A stretch of 64,000 bases of DNA from Stenotrophomonas sp. (lineage in GTDB: Bacteria; Pseudomonadota; Gammaproteobacteria; Xanthomonadales; Xanthomonadaceae): assembly GCF_032056425.1 (NCBI RefSeq), contig NZ_DAMBCN010000017.1, positions 24,370-88,369 on the forward strand, read 5' to 3'. The notes beneath the pieces are model-generated. The model did no database searches, had not been told where the DNA came from, and saw nothing but the letters and a program-made list of their open reading frames with translations. Positions 48,415 to 56,543 of this stretch are shown one piece after another (position 1 is the stretch's first letter; every line of letters starts with the position of its first letter). Both the position numbers and the translations under genes were made by a program.

Positions 48415-50451
48415 CTACTTCGCCGGCGCATCGTGCGCCTGCATGTCCTCGTGCAGGATGCGTCGCAGCTCGACGATGGCCGGTGTCGCTTCCTGCACGC
48501 TGTGGCCGGACACGATCACTTTTTCCGACTCCGCATGCGGCAGGTGCGAACTCCAGTAGGGCACCAGGCCATCGCTGCTGTCCTGCAGCGGGCCCTGTGC
48601 GCTGGAGCGGGCAATGATGGAGTGGTAGCGCACCTTCGGCGCCATCGGCAGGTCGGCCACCGCCTTGATGAAGGCATCGTCCTTGTCCAGGTTCTGGATG
48701 CTGTTCATGCGGTAACCGTGCTTGTCGTCGTTGCGTTCGATCTGGCCATCGTTGGCCAGGCTGGCCACGTCTTCCAGCACGGTCAGCGGCAGGCGCACGA
48801 ACTTGCCGATCCACCTGCCCAGCCGCGTGCCGGCCACATCGGTGCCGCGGTGCGGGGTGGCGATGAACACCACCCGCGAAATTTCCGGTTCCGGCTGGAA
48901 GTTCAGCAGCGGCGCGCCGCGCGTGCGCACCAGTTCGCGCTGCACCGGCGACATCTGCGCGGTATCCAGCAGGGTCTGCACCAGATGGTCGCCGGACGAA
49001 GAAACCAACAGCCGCGAGATCACACCGCCCATGCTGTGCGCGACCACCACCATGTCGTGCGAGGCCACGTCCTTGCCGGTCGGGTCGAAGTGCGCCAGCA
49101 CATCGTCCAGCGTGTGCCGGATCGCATCGTGGCTGAGCGCTACAGGCATGTTGGTGGGGTAGTAGAACTGCCAGATCTGGAACTCGCGGCGGATCTCCTC
49201 GTCGCGCATCAGTTCATTGGCCACGTTCACCCACGCTTCCGGGCTGCTGGCCAGGCCATGGATCATCAACAGCACGCGCCGGTCCGGATCGAAGGGCTGC
49301 ATCATGAACAGGTGCGGGCGCTCGATACCGCCCTTGCCACCGAACAGCGAGCGCAGCGACTGCCGGCTGAAGTTGGAGCGCGCCAGCCACAGCGCATAGC
49401 CGGCGGTGAAGTTGGCCGCCAGCGGCACCTGCTCGCCATGCAGCTGTACTTCGGACACCTGGTAGGGATCGTGGATTTCCAGCGTGGGCGCGTTGTCGTG
49501 CAGCACTTCCCACAGGTTGGCGCCGGCAAAGCGCAGCAGCACCGTCATCGAGGGCGAGGGCATCTCGCTCCAGTCGCGCTCGGTGGCCGCCGCAGCCACC
49601 TGCGGGCTGCCTGGCGCCGCAGCAGGCGCTGCCGAAGCGCGTTGTTCGCTGGGGTCGGCCATCACCGCCACCAGCTCGGCACCGAAGCCGTCGCGGCGGT
49701 GCACGCTGCGCAGGGTACCGGTGAAGGACATCGACGCGGCCGGCACCAGTTCGACCAGCTGCCGACCGTCCTGGGTGGCGCCATCGGCATCGGGGGCCAG
49801 CACGAAGGTCCACGGCCCCACCTGCAGGCGCGAACGGTCGCTGCCCGCGTCGCCGCGCGAATACACCTCGAACAGCATCACCGAAGCTTCCTGCACGGCC
49901 AGGTTGTAGTAGTCGCGCACCTGCGTCTGCCGATCTTCAAAGCCGCGCTGGTTGGCGGTGCGCTCGGTGAAGAACAGATACGCATAGGCCTGGCGGGCGA
50001 CCTGCATCCACGCGTCCAGGCGCGGCTGGAAGCCCGCATCCAGCGGTGGCAGCGGCTGCGTCGGCGTCGCCGCGCGTGCCGCAGCCGGGGATTCGCGCTT
50101 GGGTGCAGGCAGGGTCATCGCATGCTGCAGCCACAGTTCGGCCAGGCTGGAACGCTTGTCCTCCTCGCGCACCACGATGCTGGCTTCCATCGCCTCGATG
50201 CACGCTGGCCCCGGCTTGGCGCACGCGGTTTCATCGAGCCCGGCCACGCGCAACGTTTCCCAGGTGGCCGCACTCAGCTTGCCGCTGGTCAGGATGTCGC
50301 CGCGCTTCAGTGCGATGTATTGCCCCGGGGTGACCGTGCCCACCTGCACCGACGGGCTGAACTGGCGCAGCGTGGCGCAGCCGCTCAGCAGCAGCAGGGC
50401 GGTGGCGGCCAGCGCCATGTGGCGAACGACGGTGAAACCCGGTAATGCCAT
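48415..50451 (-). CDS. alpha/beta-hydrolase (lipase/esterase-like) lipoprotein
   Basis: ATG at 50449-50451 with AGGAGG RBS. Lipobox LLLSGC. The C-terminal half has HGLASSPEAW and the nucleophile elbow VVAHSMGGV (GxSxG). Confidence 0.75.
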   Translation of the reverse strand: MALPGFTVVRHMALAATALLLLSGCATLRQFSPSVQVGTVTPGQYIALKRGDILTSGKLSAATWETLRVAGLDETACAKPGPACIEAMEASIVVREEDKRSSLAELWLQHAMTLPAPKRESPAAARAATPTQPLPPLDAGFQPRLDAWMQVARQAYAYLFFTERTANQRGFEDRQTQVRDYYNLAVQEASVMLFEVYSRGDAGSDRSRLQVGPWTFVLAPDADGATQDGRQLVELVPAASMSFTGTLRSVHRRDGFGAELVAVMADPSEQRASAAPAAAPGSPQVAAAATERDWSEMPSPSMTVLLRFAGANLWEVLHDNAPTLEIHDPYQVSEVQLHGEQVPLAANFTAGYALWLARSNFSRQSLRSLFGGKGGIERPHLFMMQPFDPDRRVLLMIHGLASSPEAWVNVANELMRDEEIRREFQIWQFYYPTNMPVALSHDAIRHTLDDVLAHFDPTGKDVASHDMVVVAHSMGGVISRLLVSSSGDHLVQTLLDTAQMSPVQRELVRTRGAPLLNFQPEPEISRVVFIATPHRGTDVAGTRLGRWIGKFVRLPLTVLEDVASLANDGQIERNDDKHGYRMNSIQNLDKDDAFIKAVADLPMAPKVRYHSIIARSSAQGPLQDSSDGLVPYWSSHLPHAESEKVIVSGHSVQEATPAIVELRRILHEDMQAHDAPAK

Positions 50452-50559
50452 GCGGTCCTCCTGCGCAGTGGCGCCACTCTAGCCGGAGCGGCGTCAACGC
50501 GGAAGAAAGTGGCGGCGTGTGTGAGACTGCGGGCTGGACGCCGACGCTCAGGGACACCG

Positions 50560-51015
50560 ATGCACCTGCTGGAAACCCGTGTTCCGCCGCCACTGGTCAT
50601 GCTGCTGTGCGGCCTGGCCGGGTGGGCGCTGGACGGTCTTCTGCCGCGATGGGCGCTGCCGGTGCCGGCCTGGCTGGCGGTTGCCGTCCTGGTGCTGGGC
50701 CTGCTGTTGAATTTGCTGCCGAAGTGGACCTTCGGCCGCGTGCGCACCACGGTCAATCCCCTGCGGCCGGCGTCCACTACCGTGCTGGTGACCGGAGGGC
50801 TGTACCGCTACAGCCGCAACCCCATGTACCTGGGCCAGGCGCTGGTGCTGCTGGGCGCCCTGCTGCTGTTGCGCAATGCGCCGCCGCTGCTGGTAGTGCC
50901 ACTGTTCGTGGCTTGGATCACCCGCCTGCAGATCGTGCCGGAAGAACGGGTACTGGCCGCGCGCTTTGGTGCCCGCTACGAGGCATTCCGCAGCCAGGTG
51001 CGGCGCTGGCTGTAG
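50560..51015 (+). CDS. isoprenylcysteine carboxyl methyltransferase (ICMT/PEMT)-family membrane protein
   Basis: ATG at 50560. Multi-TM with GGLYRYSRNPMYLGQALVLLG. Confidence 0.8.
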   Translation: MHLLETRVPPPLVMLLCGLAGWALDGLLPRWALPVPAWLAVAVLVLGLLLNLLPKWTFGRVRTTVNPLRPASTTVLVTGGLYRYSRNPMYLGQALVLLGALLLLRNAPPLLVVPLFVAWITRLQIVPEERVLAARFGARYEAFRSQVRRWL

Positions 51016-51034
51016 GCACCAGCGCCGCGCAAGG

Positions 51035-51505
51035 TTACGGCAGGATCAGGCAGCTGACCGAGGCCGAGTAGCCTTCGTAATCGTCTGCGGCACCCACGTG
51101 CAGGGTGTGCCGGGCATCGAGCTTGCGGACGAAGGAGGGCGCTTCGCTGTCGGCGGCCTCGTTCACCGTGGTGACCGACAGGCTGCGACCCACCTGCGGG
51201 GCCGACACGTCGTTCAGATAGACGTGCAGGCTCTTGCTGCCGCTCGGCCCGATGGACACGTTGGCGCTGTCCACGCTGCCGCCGAACAGGGCGACCTTGC
51301 CCTCCTTGGCCTCGAACACCCCGCCGGGCACTTGGGTCAGGCCCGCGGCGCGCAGCGCATCTTCTGCCTGGGCCTGGGTGAAATCGGAACCGGCCCGGCA
51401 GGCCAGCAGGGCTTCAAGGGCCGCGGTCGGCTTGGCGGCGGGCGCGGCAGAGGCGGCGGCGCTGGCGGCCAGGGCGAGCAGCAGGGTGGGCAGTCGGGTG
51501 TTCAT
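51035..51505 (-). CDS. hypothetical secreted protein
   Basis: ATG at 51503-51505 with AAGGA RBS. Signal peptide MNTRLPTLLLALAASAAASA. No domain recognised. Confidence 0.6.
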   Translation of the reverse strand: MNTRLPTLLLALAASAAASAAPAAKPTAALEALLACRAGSDFTQAQAEDALRAAGLTQVPGGVFEAKEGKVALFGGSVDSANVSIGPSGSKSLHVYLNDVSAPQVGRSLSVTTVNEAADSEAPSFVRKLDARHTLHVGAADDYEGYSASVSCLILP

Positions 51506-51716
51506 TGCAGATCCTTCTGGAGTGGTGGGGCGGGGAGAGTGGACGGGGCGGGTTGCCCCGGCATACACTCCGCTCAGGTGCCCACCTTACTTGCACACGA
51601 GTAAAAAAAGGCGAAGCAGATTCCGTACTGAACACTTTCTCTCGTTGCCCTGTCGGCGGGTGATTAAACGTGTGCTCATCACCCATCTCCGACAGCACGC
51701 ATCAGGAGAATCTGGG

Positions 51717-52793
51717 ATGTTCAAGGAAATTGCCTATCAGGCGCAGCAGCAGCTGCAGAGCGCTACATCCGTGCGTTTCAGCAGGGCGCACCTCTACGAA
51801 TGGGTCTCAGCGGGGTTTGGTTTCAAGAGCTATGCCGCGTTCAGCGTGGACCACCTGCTGGTCAGGGGCCAGCCCGGCATGCCCCGGGCGCCATGGAGTG
51901 CAGAGTGGATGGAAGGGCGCGGGCGAGCATTGGGCTATACGCCCTTGTTGTCCGCGCAGGCAACAGCGCTGCTGGAGGCGATGTTGATCGAGCGCGAGCT
52001 GACTGTGCTTAGTCTCTCATCCTTGTTGGACGAACTATGCACCCTGCGCGACGCATGGGGCGCTGGTGAATGGCCAAATGAAGACTTCGGCGATTCCTCG
52101 TTGCAGGGCAGCCTGCGGGAAGCTGCCGAGCGTGGGAACATCAAGGCGCATATGGCTCTAGCGTTGATCCTGGAGCCGTCGGAAGACGATGATTGGCTGG
52201 AAGGCCGGTACTGGTACGAGCAGCAACAGAAGGGGCAGGTGCTTGAAGGTGCCACGAAGGAATGGGCACTGGCTTACGAGGTGGGGCGGAACCGAGACGA
52301 AGCGTTCACCTTCCATCTCGCGGAGGCTGCCAGATTAGCCAATTCCATGGCTCAGCCAGAGCGTGCCGATCATGTTGACGATCCGACGTTCTTTGACCGC
52401 GAAGTGGCGCCCTATAGTTGGGGGCCGAGGGAGATTGCAGCGATGGCCGAACAACTTGGCGGTATTGAAGATGAGAGGCGATGGCTGAACATCGCCGCTG
52501 AACAGGGTGACACCGACGCGATGCGCGATCTCATCGAACACTATGACCAAGAAGATTTGCTTCGTTGCTGGATGTGGGTGCATCTTTCCAGGTTGCTACA
52601 TCACGACCTGACCTTGGACCGCTACCATGCAATCAACCCGGATGGTTCTGAGTATGACGATGATGTCGGCGGACCGGCCGAACTGGGGGGGCAGGAAGGC
52701 GTAGAGCTGCGGCCGCTGCCTGCGGCAGAGGACCAGCAGGCGCGGGATGCGGCGGAGAGCTTGTTCAGGAAGATTGAGGCAGCGCGGCGGTAG
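51717..52793 (+). CDS. hypothetical cytoplasmic protein with Sel1/TPR-like repeats (low-GC gene)
   Basis: ATG at 51717 with AGGAGA RBS. REAAERGNIKAHMALALIL and WLNIAAEQGDTDAMRDLIEHY resemble Sel1-like units. Composition and codon choice are visibly atypical for this window. Confidence 0.65.
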   Translation: MFKEIAYQAQQQLQSATSVRFSRAHLYEWVSAGFGFKSYAAFSVDHLLVRGQPGMPRAPWSAEWMEGRGRALGYTPLLSAQATALLEAMLIERELTVLSLSSLLDELCTLRDAWGAGEWPNEDFGDSSLQGSLREAAERGNIKAHMALALILEPSEDDDWLEGRYWYEQQQKGQVLEGATKEWALAYEVGRNRDEAFTFHLAEAARLANSMAQPERADHVDDPTFFDREVAPYSWGPREIAAMAEQLGGIEDERRWLNIAAEQGDTDAMRDLIEHYDQEDLLRCWMWVHLSRLLHHDLTLDRYHAINPDGSEYDDDVGGPAELGGQEGVELRPLPAAEDQQARDAAESLFRKIEAARR

Positions 52794-52805
52794 CGGCCCG
52801 CCATG

Positions 52806-52838
52806 AAAAAACCCCAACCGTTGCCGGTTGGGGTTTTT
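52806..52838. terminator. bidirectional Rho-independent terminator (ssrA and the convergent Sel1-like gene)
   Basis: AAAAAA-CCCCAACCG-TTGC-CGGTTGGGG-TTTTT. Confidence 0.85.
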
Positions 52839-52843
52839 GGTAT

Positions 52844-53197
52844 TGGTGGAGGTGGGCGGAATTGAACCGCCGTCCGAAGGCACTCCATCCCCAGCACTAC
52901 ATGCTTAGCTCACCGTTGGATCTCGGCCCCGAGCAGCACGGTGTGCAAAGCGCACCCGGGGACCAGCCTGTTGTGTTCTAGTGCCGGACTGACAGGCAGC
53001 CGCCCAGCGCGATTCCATGATAGTGACTCTACACCGCGAGCATGGACACAAGCGGTTTCGAGGCTTAGGCCTTAAGCGGCCAGAGCGTAGTTGTCGTCGT
53101 TGGCAACTAGAGTTTTGCAGCTGGATTTACGAGGAAAGCTACCCCCTCGGCATGCGCCAGGCGACTTCACAACCCCCGTCGAAACCAATGCACCCCC
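52844..53197 (-). ncRNA. ssrA: tmRNA (SsrA)
   Basis: 5' GGGGGUGCAUUGGUUUCGACGGGGG pairs with 3' ...GGCGGUUCAAUUCCGCCCACCUCCACCA, giving an acceptor stem with a G3:U pair, a T-loop and an encoded CCA. The tag reading frame at 53104-53072 is GCC AAC GAC GAC AAC UAC GCU CUG GCC GCU UAA, i.e. ANDDNYALAA. Confidence 0.96.
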
Positions 53198-53273
53198 GGT
53201 TTCTACAGTGCTGCAAGGTACAAGGCCGGTTCCGTGTCTCCACGGCGCTGGCCTGCCCAACGCGTGTAATGCT

Positions 53274-53311
53274 ACGGCAAAAATGCTGAACCGTCACCTT
53301 TGCCGTTTTTT
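53274..53311 (+). terminator. plus-strand hairpin plus T6 of unknown function upstream of ssrA
   Basis: ACGGCAAA-N17-TTTGCCGT followed by TTTTTT. No plus-strand gene ends here. Confidence 0.35.
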
Positions 53312-53425
53312 CAATCCGCAACAGATTGTAGAGCGTTTGTCATAGCGGATTGCTAACTTCCCGGGCACGAAATTGCGACACACTGGCAGCGACCATCCGA
53401 GCCAGGATCGACACGGAGACAATGG

Positions 53426-53998
53426 GTGACCGAAGCCACGCAACAGCGCAGCCTGCGACAACTGGTCGGGCCGGTGGGCGCCGACTACCAGCGCCGGGCG
53501 GTGCCGCCGGCCTGGGTGTGGGCGGTCATGGCGATGCTGCTGGCGGCCACCTGGCTGAGTGAGTTGCCGGCCACGGCCGCCGCGGCGCTGGTGGCCAGCG
53601 CGGTGGTGGTGCACTGGCCGCAGCGCGGGCGCATGCACTGGCTGGGCTGGCGGCTGCCGGCGCTGGCGGTGCTGGCGGCCCTGTTGTGGGGGCCGGACGT
53701 GCTGGCGCAATGGTTCGAACACGGGTTGGCGCTGACCCTGATGTCGCTGGCCAGTCTGAGTATTGGCGTGCATGTGTGGCAGTCGCGACAGACCGCGCGG
53801 CAGCTGCAGGGTGCGGCCGATGCGCTGGACGATGCGCAGTTGATGTCGCTGCTGCCGGCCGACGCGGCGCGCCTGGCGCAGCAGTGGCGCGCTGGCGATG
53901 ACCGGCATGCGCCGGAACTGGCGGTGGTGATGCATCTGGCGGTCATGCATGCGGCGCTGGCGCCGCGCCTGGGCGGGCGGGGGATGCTGGCCGGTTGA
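53426..53998 (+). CDS. hypothetical membrane protein inserted between smpB and ssrA
   Basis: GTG at 53426 with GGAGAC upstream. About 4 hydrophobic helices, then a soluble tail. No domain recognised. Confidence 0.55.
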   Translation: MTEATQQRSLRQLVGPVGADYQRRAVPPAWVWAVMAMLLAATWLSELPATAAAALVASAVVVHWPQRGRMHWLGWRLPALAVLAALLWGPDVLAQWFEHGLALTLMSLASLSIGVHVWQSRQTARQLQGAADALDDAQLMSLLPADAARLAQQWRAGDDRHAPELAVVMHLAVMHAALAPRLGGRGMLAG

Positions 53999-54033
53999 CC
54001 GGGGGCGGGCTTGGTCGACGGCTTCTGGTCGTC

Positions 54034-54157
54034 GGTAGAGTCGAGCTTGCTCGACTGATGGGGCCGCCGCAGTCGAGCAAGCTCGACGCTACGAAGCAGG
54101 GCAGTCGAGCAAGCTCGACGCTACGACGCAGGGCAGCCGAGCATGGCTCGGCTCTGC
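54034..54157. repeat. four SMAG-type REPs (GTAGAGTCGAGC subfamily)
   Basis: GGTAGAGTCGAGCTTGCTCGACTG, CAGTCGAGCAAGCTCGACGCTAC twice, CAGCCGAGCATGGCTCGGCTCTGC. Confidence 0.9.
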
Positions 54158-54174
54158 AGGTGCGGGGTCGGGTG

Positions 54175-54678
54175 CTACGCGTCGCGGTTGCCGCGGCGCA
54201 TGACGCGCTGCTTTTCGATGGCCCAGTCGCGGTCCTTGGCAGCGTCGCGCTTGTCGTGGGTCTGCTTGCCCTTGGCCAGCGCCACTTCCAGCTTGATCTT
54301 GTTCTTGCTCCAGTACATGGCGGTGGGCACGATCGTGTAGCCATCGCGCTCGACCTTGCCGACCAGCTTGTCGATCTCGCTCCGGTGCAGCAGCAGCTTG
54401 CGCTCGCGGCGGTCGTTGGCCACCACGTGGGTCGAGGCCTGGATCAACGGGGTGATCTGCGCGCCGATCAGGAAGATCTCGCCCTGCTTCACATAGGCGT
54501 AGGCGTCGATGATGTTGCCGCGCCCAGCGCGGATCGACTTCACCTCCCAGCCCTGCAGGGCCAGGCCCGCCTCGAAGCGCTCTTCGATGTGGTACTCGTG
54601 GCGGGCACGCTTGTTCAACGCGATGGTCTTGTTGGCCGTCGCGCTCTTTGCTTTATCCTTGCCGCTGTTCTTGCTCAT
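54175..54678 (-). CDS. smpB: SsrA-binding protein
   Basis: ATG at 54676-54678 ([50 protein letters not shown]...). Confidence 0.95.
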   Translation of the reverse strand: MSKNSGKDKAKSATANKTIALNKRARHEYHIEERFEAGLALQGWEVKSIRAGRGNIIDAYAYVKQGEIFLIGAQITPLIQASTHVVANDRRERKLLLHRSEIDKLVGKVERDGYTIVPTAMYWSKNKIKLEVALAKGKQTHDKRDAAKDRDWAIEKQRVMRRGNRDA

Positions 54679-54735
54679 TTCCGTATTGTCTCCGATTCGG
54701 GCCCGCCCGGTCGATTGCCGAAACGTTCCGTCTTT

Positions 54736-55161
54736 ATGCCTACTATCCGCCGCAGCGCCCTGGTCGAACATTCCTCCGCGCGCATGTTCGATCTCGTCAA
54801 CGATGTGCAGGCCTACCCGCGCCGCTTCCGCTGGTGTTCCGATGCCCGCATCCTGGAGCAGGGCGAGGACCGGCTGGTGGCCCGCCTGGATCTGGGCCTG
54901 GGCTCGTTCAGCACCTGGTTCCAGACCGAAAACACCCTGCAGCGCCCGCACAGCATTGATATGCAGCTGCGCGACGGGCCCTTCAAGCAGTTGCACGGCC
55001 GCTGGGAGTTCCATGCCCTGGCCGAGGATGCCTGCAAGGTGACCCTGACCCTGGAATTCGAGCCCAGCTCACGGCTGCTGGGGCCGGCGCTGGCGATCGG
55101 CTTCCAGGGCCTGGCCGATCGCATGGTCAACGACTTCGTGCGCGTGGCCGACGAGGGCTGA
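54736..55161 (+). CDS. ratA: SRPBCC/START-fold protein, RatA (ribosome association toxin) family
   Basis: ATG at 54736. 141 aa in the polyketide-cyclase/CoQ-binding fold family. Divergent from smpB, as in E. coli. Confidence 0.85.
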   Translation: MPTIRRSALVEHSSARMFDLVNDVQAYPRRFRWCSDARILEQGEDRLVARLDLGLGSFSTWFQTENTLQRPHSIDMQLRDGPFKQLHGRWEFHALAEDACKVTLTLEFEPSSRLLGPALAIGFQGLADRMVNDFVRVADEG

Positions 55162-55164
55162 GCG

Positions 55165-55422
55165 ATGATCGAGGTCGAGGTGGTGCTGGCCTGGCCGCAG
55201 CGCGTGCTGTCGCGCCGGCTGCAACTGGAAGAGGGCGCCACCGTGGCCGATGCGGTGGCCGCCGCTGCGCTGGAAGGCGGTGCGGACTGCCCGGCACTGG
55301 CCGTGCATGGGGTGCTGGCCCGCCCGCAGCAGGTGCTGCATGACGGCGACCGGGTAGAGCTGCTGCGCCCCCTGTTGGCCGACCCCAAGGACAACCGCCG
55401 CAAGCGCGCCCGCGGCGACTGA
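55165..55422 (+). CDS. rnfH: RnfH-family ubiquitin-like protein
   Basis: 85 aa starting 4 nt after ratA. C-terminal GDRVELLRPLLADPKDNRRKRA is typical of RnfH/UPF0125. Confidence 0.85.
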   Translation: MIEVEVVLAWPQRVLSRRLQLEEGATVADAVAAAALEGGADCPALAVHGVLARPQQVLHDGDRVELLRPLLADPKDNRRKRARGD

Positions 55423-55458
55423 ACCGCGCCACCCCTGGGCGGCGCGGCGAAGCGGGGC

Positions 55459-55848
55459 TCAGCGGCCCTTCTTCTTGTCCTTCGGCAGGTTGCGGCCGAA
55501 CTGGCGCACGGTCTGCTGGGCCAGGGCCTTGTCGTTGGCCGGGAAGTAGTCGCCTTCCCAGCGGGTTACCGCGTCGTTCTCGAAGTACACGGTGAAGTTC
55601 TTCACTTCGGTACGGCCGAGGCGGTTCACGCGTTCGGTGGAGGTGTAGTCCCAGCGCTGGGCGTGGAACGGGTCCGGCACCGAGGGCGTGCCCAGCAGCG
55701 CATTCACCTGCTGCTTGCTCTGGCCGACCTGCAGCTTGGCCACGGCGTCCTCGCGGATCAGGTTGCCCTGGTAGATCGGTTGCTTGTAGATGATGCCGCA
55801 CCCGGTGGTGGACAGAGCGATGGTGGCGACCAGCAGGAGATTGCGCAT
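55459..55848 (-). CDS. bamE: outer-membrane protein assembly factor BamE
   Basis: Lipobox LSTTGC. SmpA/OmlA domain (QGNLI..D.VAKLQVGQSKQQVNALLGTP). Confidence 0.88.
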   Translation of the reverse strand: MRNLLLVATIALSTTGCGIIYKQPIYQGNLIREDAVAKLQVGQSKQQVNALLGTPSVPDPFHAQRWDYTSTERVNRLGRTEVKNFTVYFENDAVTRWEGDYFPANDKALAQQTVRQFGRNLPKDKKKGR

Positions 55849-55951
55849 CGGAAAGGGCGTTTGGGGAAATCGAACCGATGATACACTCCCGGCGTGCCAC
55901 CGCGACCCAATCCGAGGCAGCTGGCGCTAAATCGCCAATGAACGGAGACCT

Positions 55952-56359
55952 ATGGAAACCCACGACCTGCGCAAAGTCGGCCTGAAGGTGACCCATCCGC
56001 GGATGCGGATCCTGGCGCTGCTCGAGCAGCGCAATGCCCAGCACCACATGACCGCCGAAGACATCTACCGCCAGCTGCTGGAGCACGGTGATGAGATCGG
56101 CCTGGCCACGGTGTACCGGGTGCTGACCCAGTTCGAGGCCGCTGGCCTGGTACTGAAGCACAACTTCGAAGGCGGTCAGGCCGTCTACGAGCTGGACCGC
56201 GGCGGCCACCACGACCACATGGTCGATGTGGACAGCGGCAAGATCATCGAGTTCGAAAGCCACGAAATTGAAGAGCTGCAGCGCAAGATCGCAGCCGAAC
56301 ATGGCTACGAGCTGGAAGAGCATTCGCTGGTGCTGTACGTGCGCAAGAAGCGCAAGTAA
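55952..56359 (+). CDS. fur: ferric uptake regulator
   Basis: 135 aa with GGAGAC RBS. LKVTHPRMRILALLE..., the HHDHM metal site, and a divergent bamE/omlA neighbour. Confidence 0.95.
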   Translation: METHDLRKVGLKVTHPRMRILALLEQRNAQHHMTAEDIYRQLLEHGDEIGLATVYRVLTQFEAAGLVLKHNFEGGQAVYELDRGGHHDHMVDVDSGKIIEFESHEIEELQRKIAAEHGYELEEHSLVLYVRKKRK

Positions 56360-56385
56360 CGGTTTCCCGCCTGCTGTGATGTGCG

Positions 56386-56412
56386 AAGACCCCGGGCCGG
56401 CCCGGGGTTTTT
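56386..56412 (+). terminator. Rho-independent terminator after fur
   Basis: CCCCGGG-CCGG-CCCGGGG followed by TTTTT. Confidence 0.78.
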
Positions 56413-56420
56413 CGTTGCGG

Positions 56421-56459
56421 GGGGCAGAGCCCCTTGCTGGCGCCAGGGGATCGGGCCCC
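56421..56459. repeat. GGGGCAGAGCCC...GGGATCGGGCCCC-type hairpin repeat
   Basis: GGGGCAGAGCCCCTTGCTGGCGCCAGGGGATCGGGCCCC. Confidence 0.8.
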
Positions 56460-56492
56460 GGGCCTGCAGGCGGGCCAGCGTGGTCGCTACGC

Positions 56493-56542
56493 GATCTGTG
56501 AACTAGACTGCGCTCGGATAATCATCTGTGAACAGGATTCAC
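56493..56542. promoter_or_regulatory. 10-bp direct repeat ATCTGTGAAC (x2, about 30 bp apart) and dyad GTGAA-N5-TTCAC just upstream of a LysR gene
   Basis: Read directly at 56494-56503 and 56524-56533, with the dyad at 56528-56542. Candidate autoregulatory site. Confidence 0.3.
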
Positions 56543-56543
56543 C

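Noticed and set aside
51515-51560. TGGTGGGGCGGGGAGAGTGGA, a possible degenerate duplicate of the ssrA 3' end (TGGTGGAGGTGGGCGGAATTGA), which would mark the far att site of an ssrA-integrated island.
   Set aside because: The match is short, gapped and G-rich, so it is likely chance in this genome. It also overlaps the 5' region of a native-looking high-GC gene. No integrase is present.
53017-53345. Plus-strand ORFs (90 aa and 84 aa) overlapping ssrA.
   Set aside because: They are antisense to a well-defined tmRNA, have no RBS, and their peptides are odd and Cys/Arg-rich.
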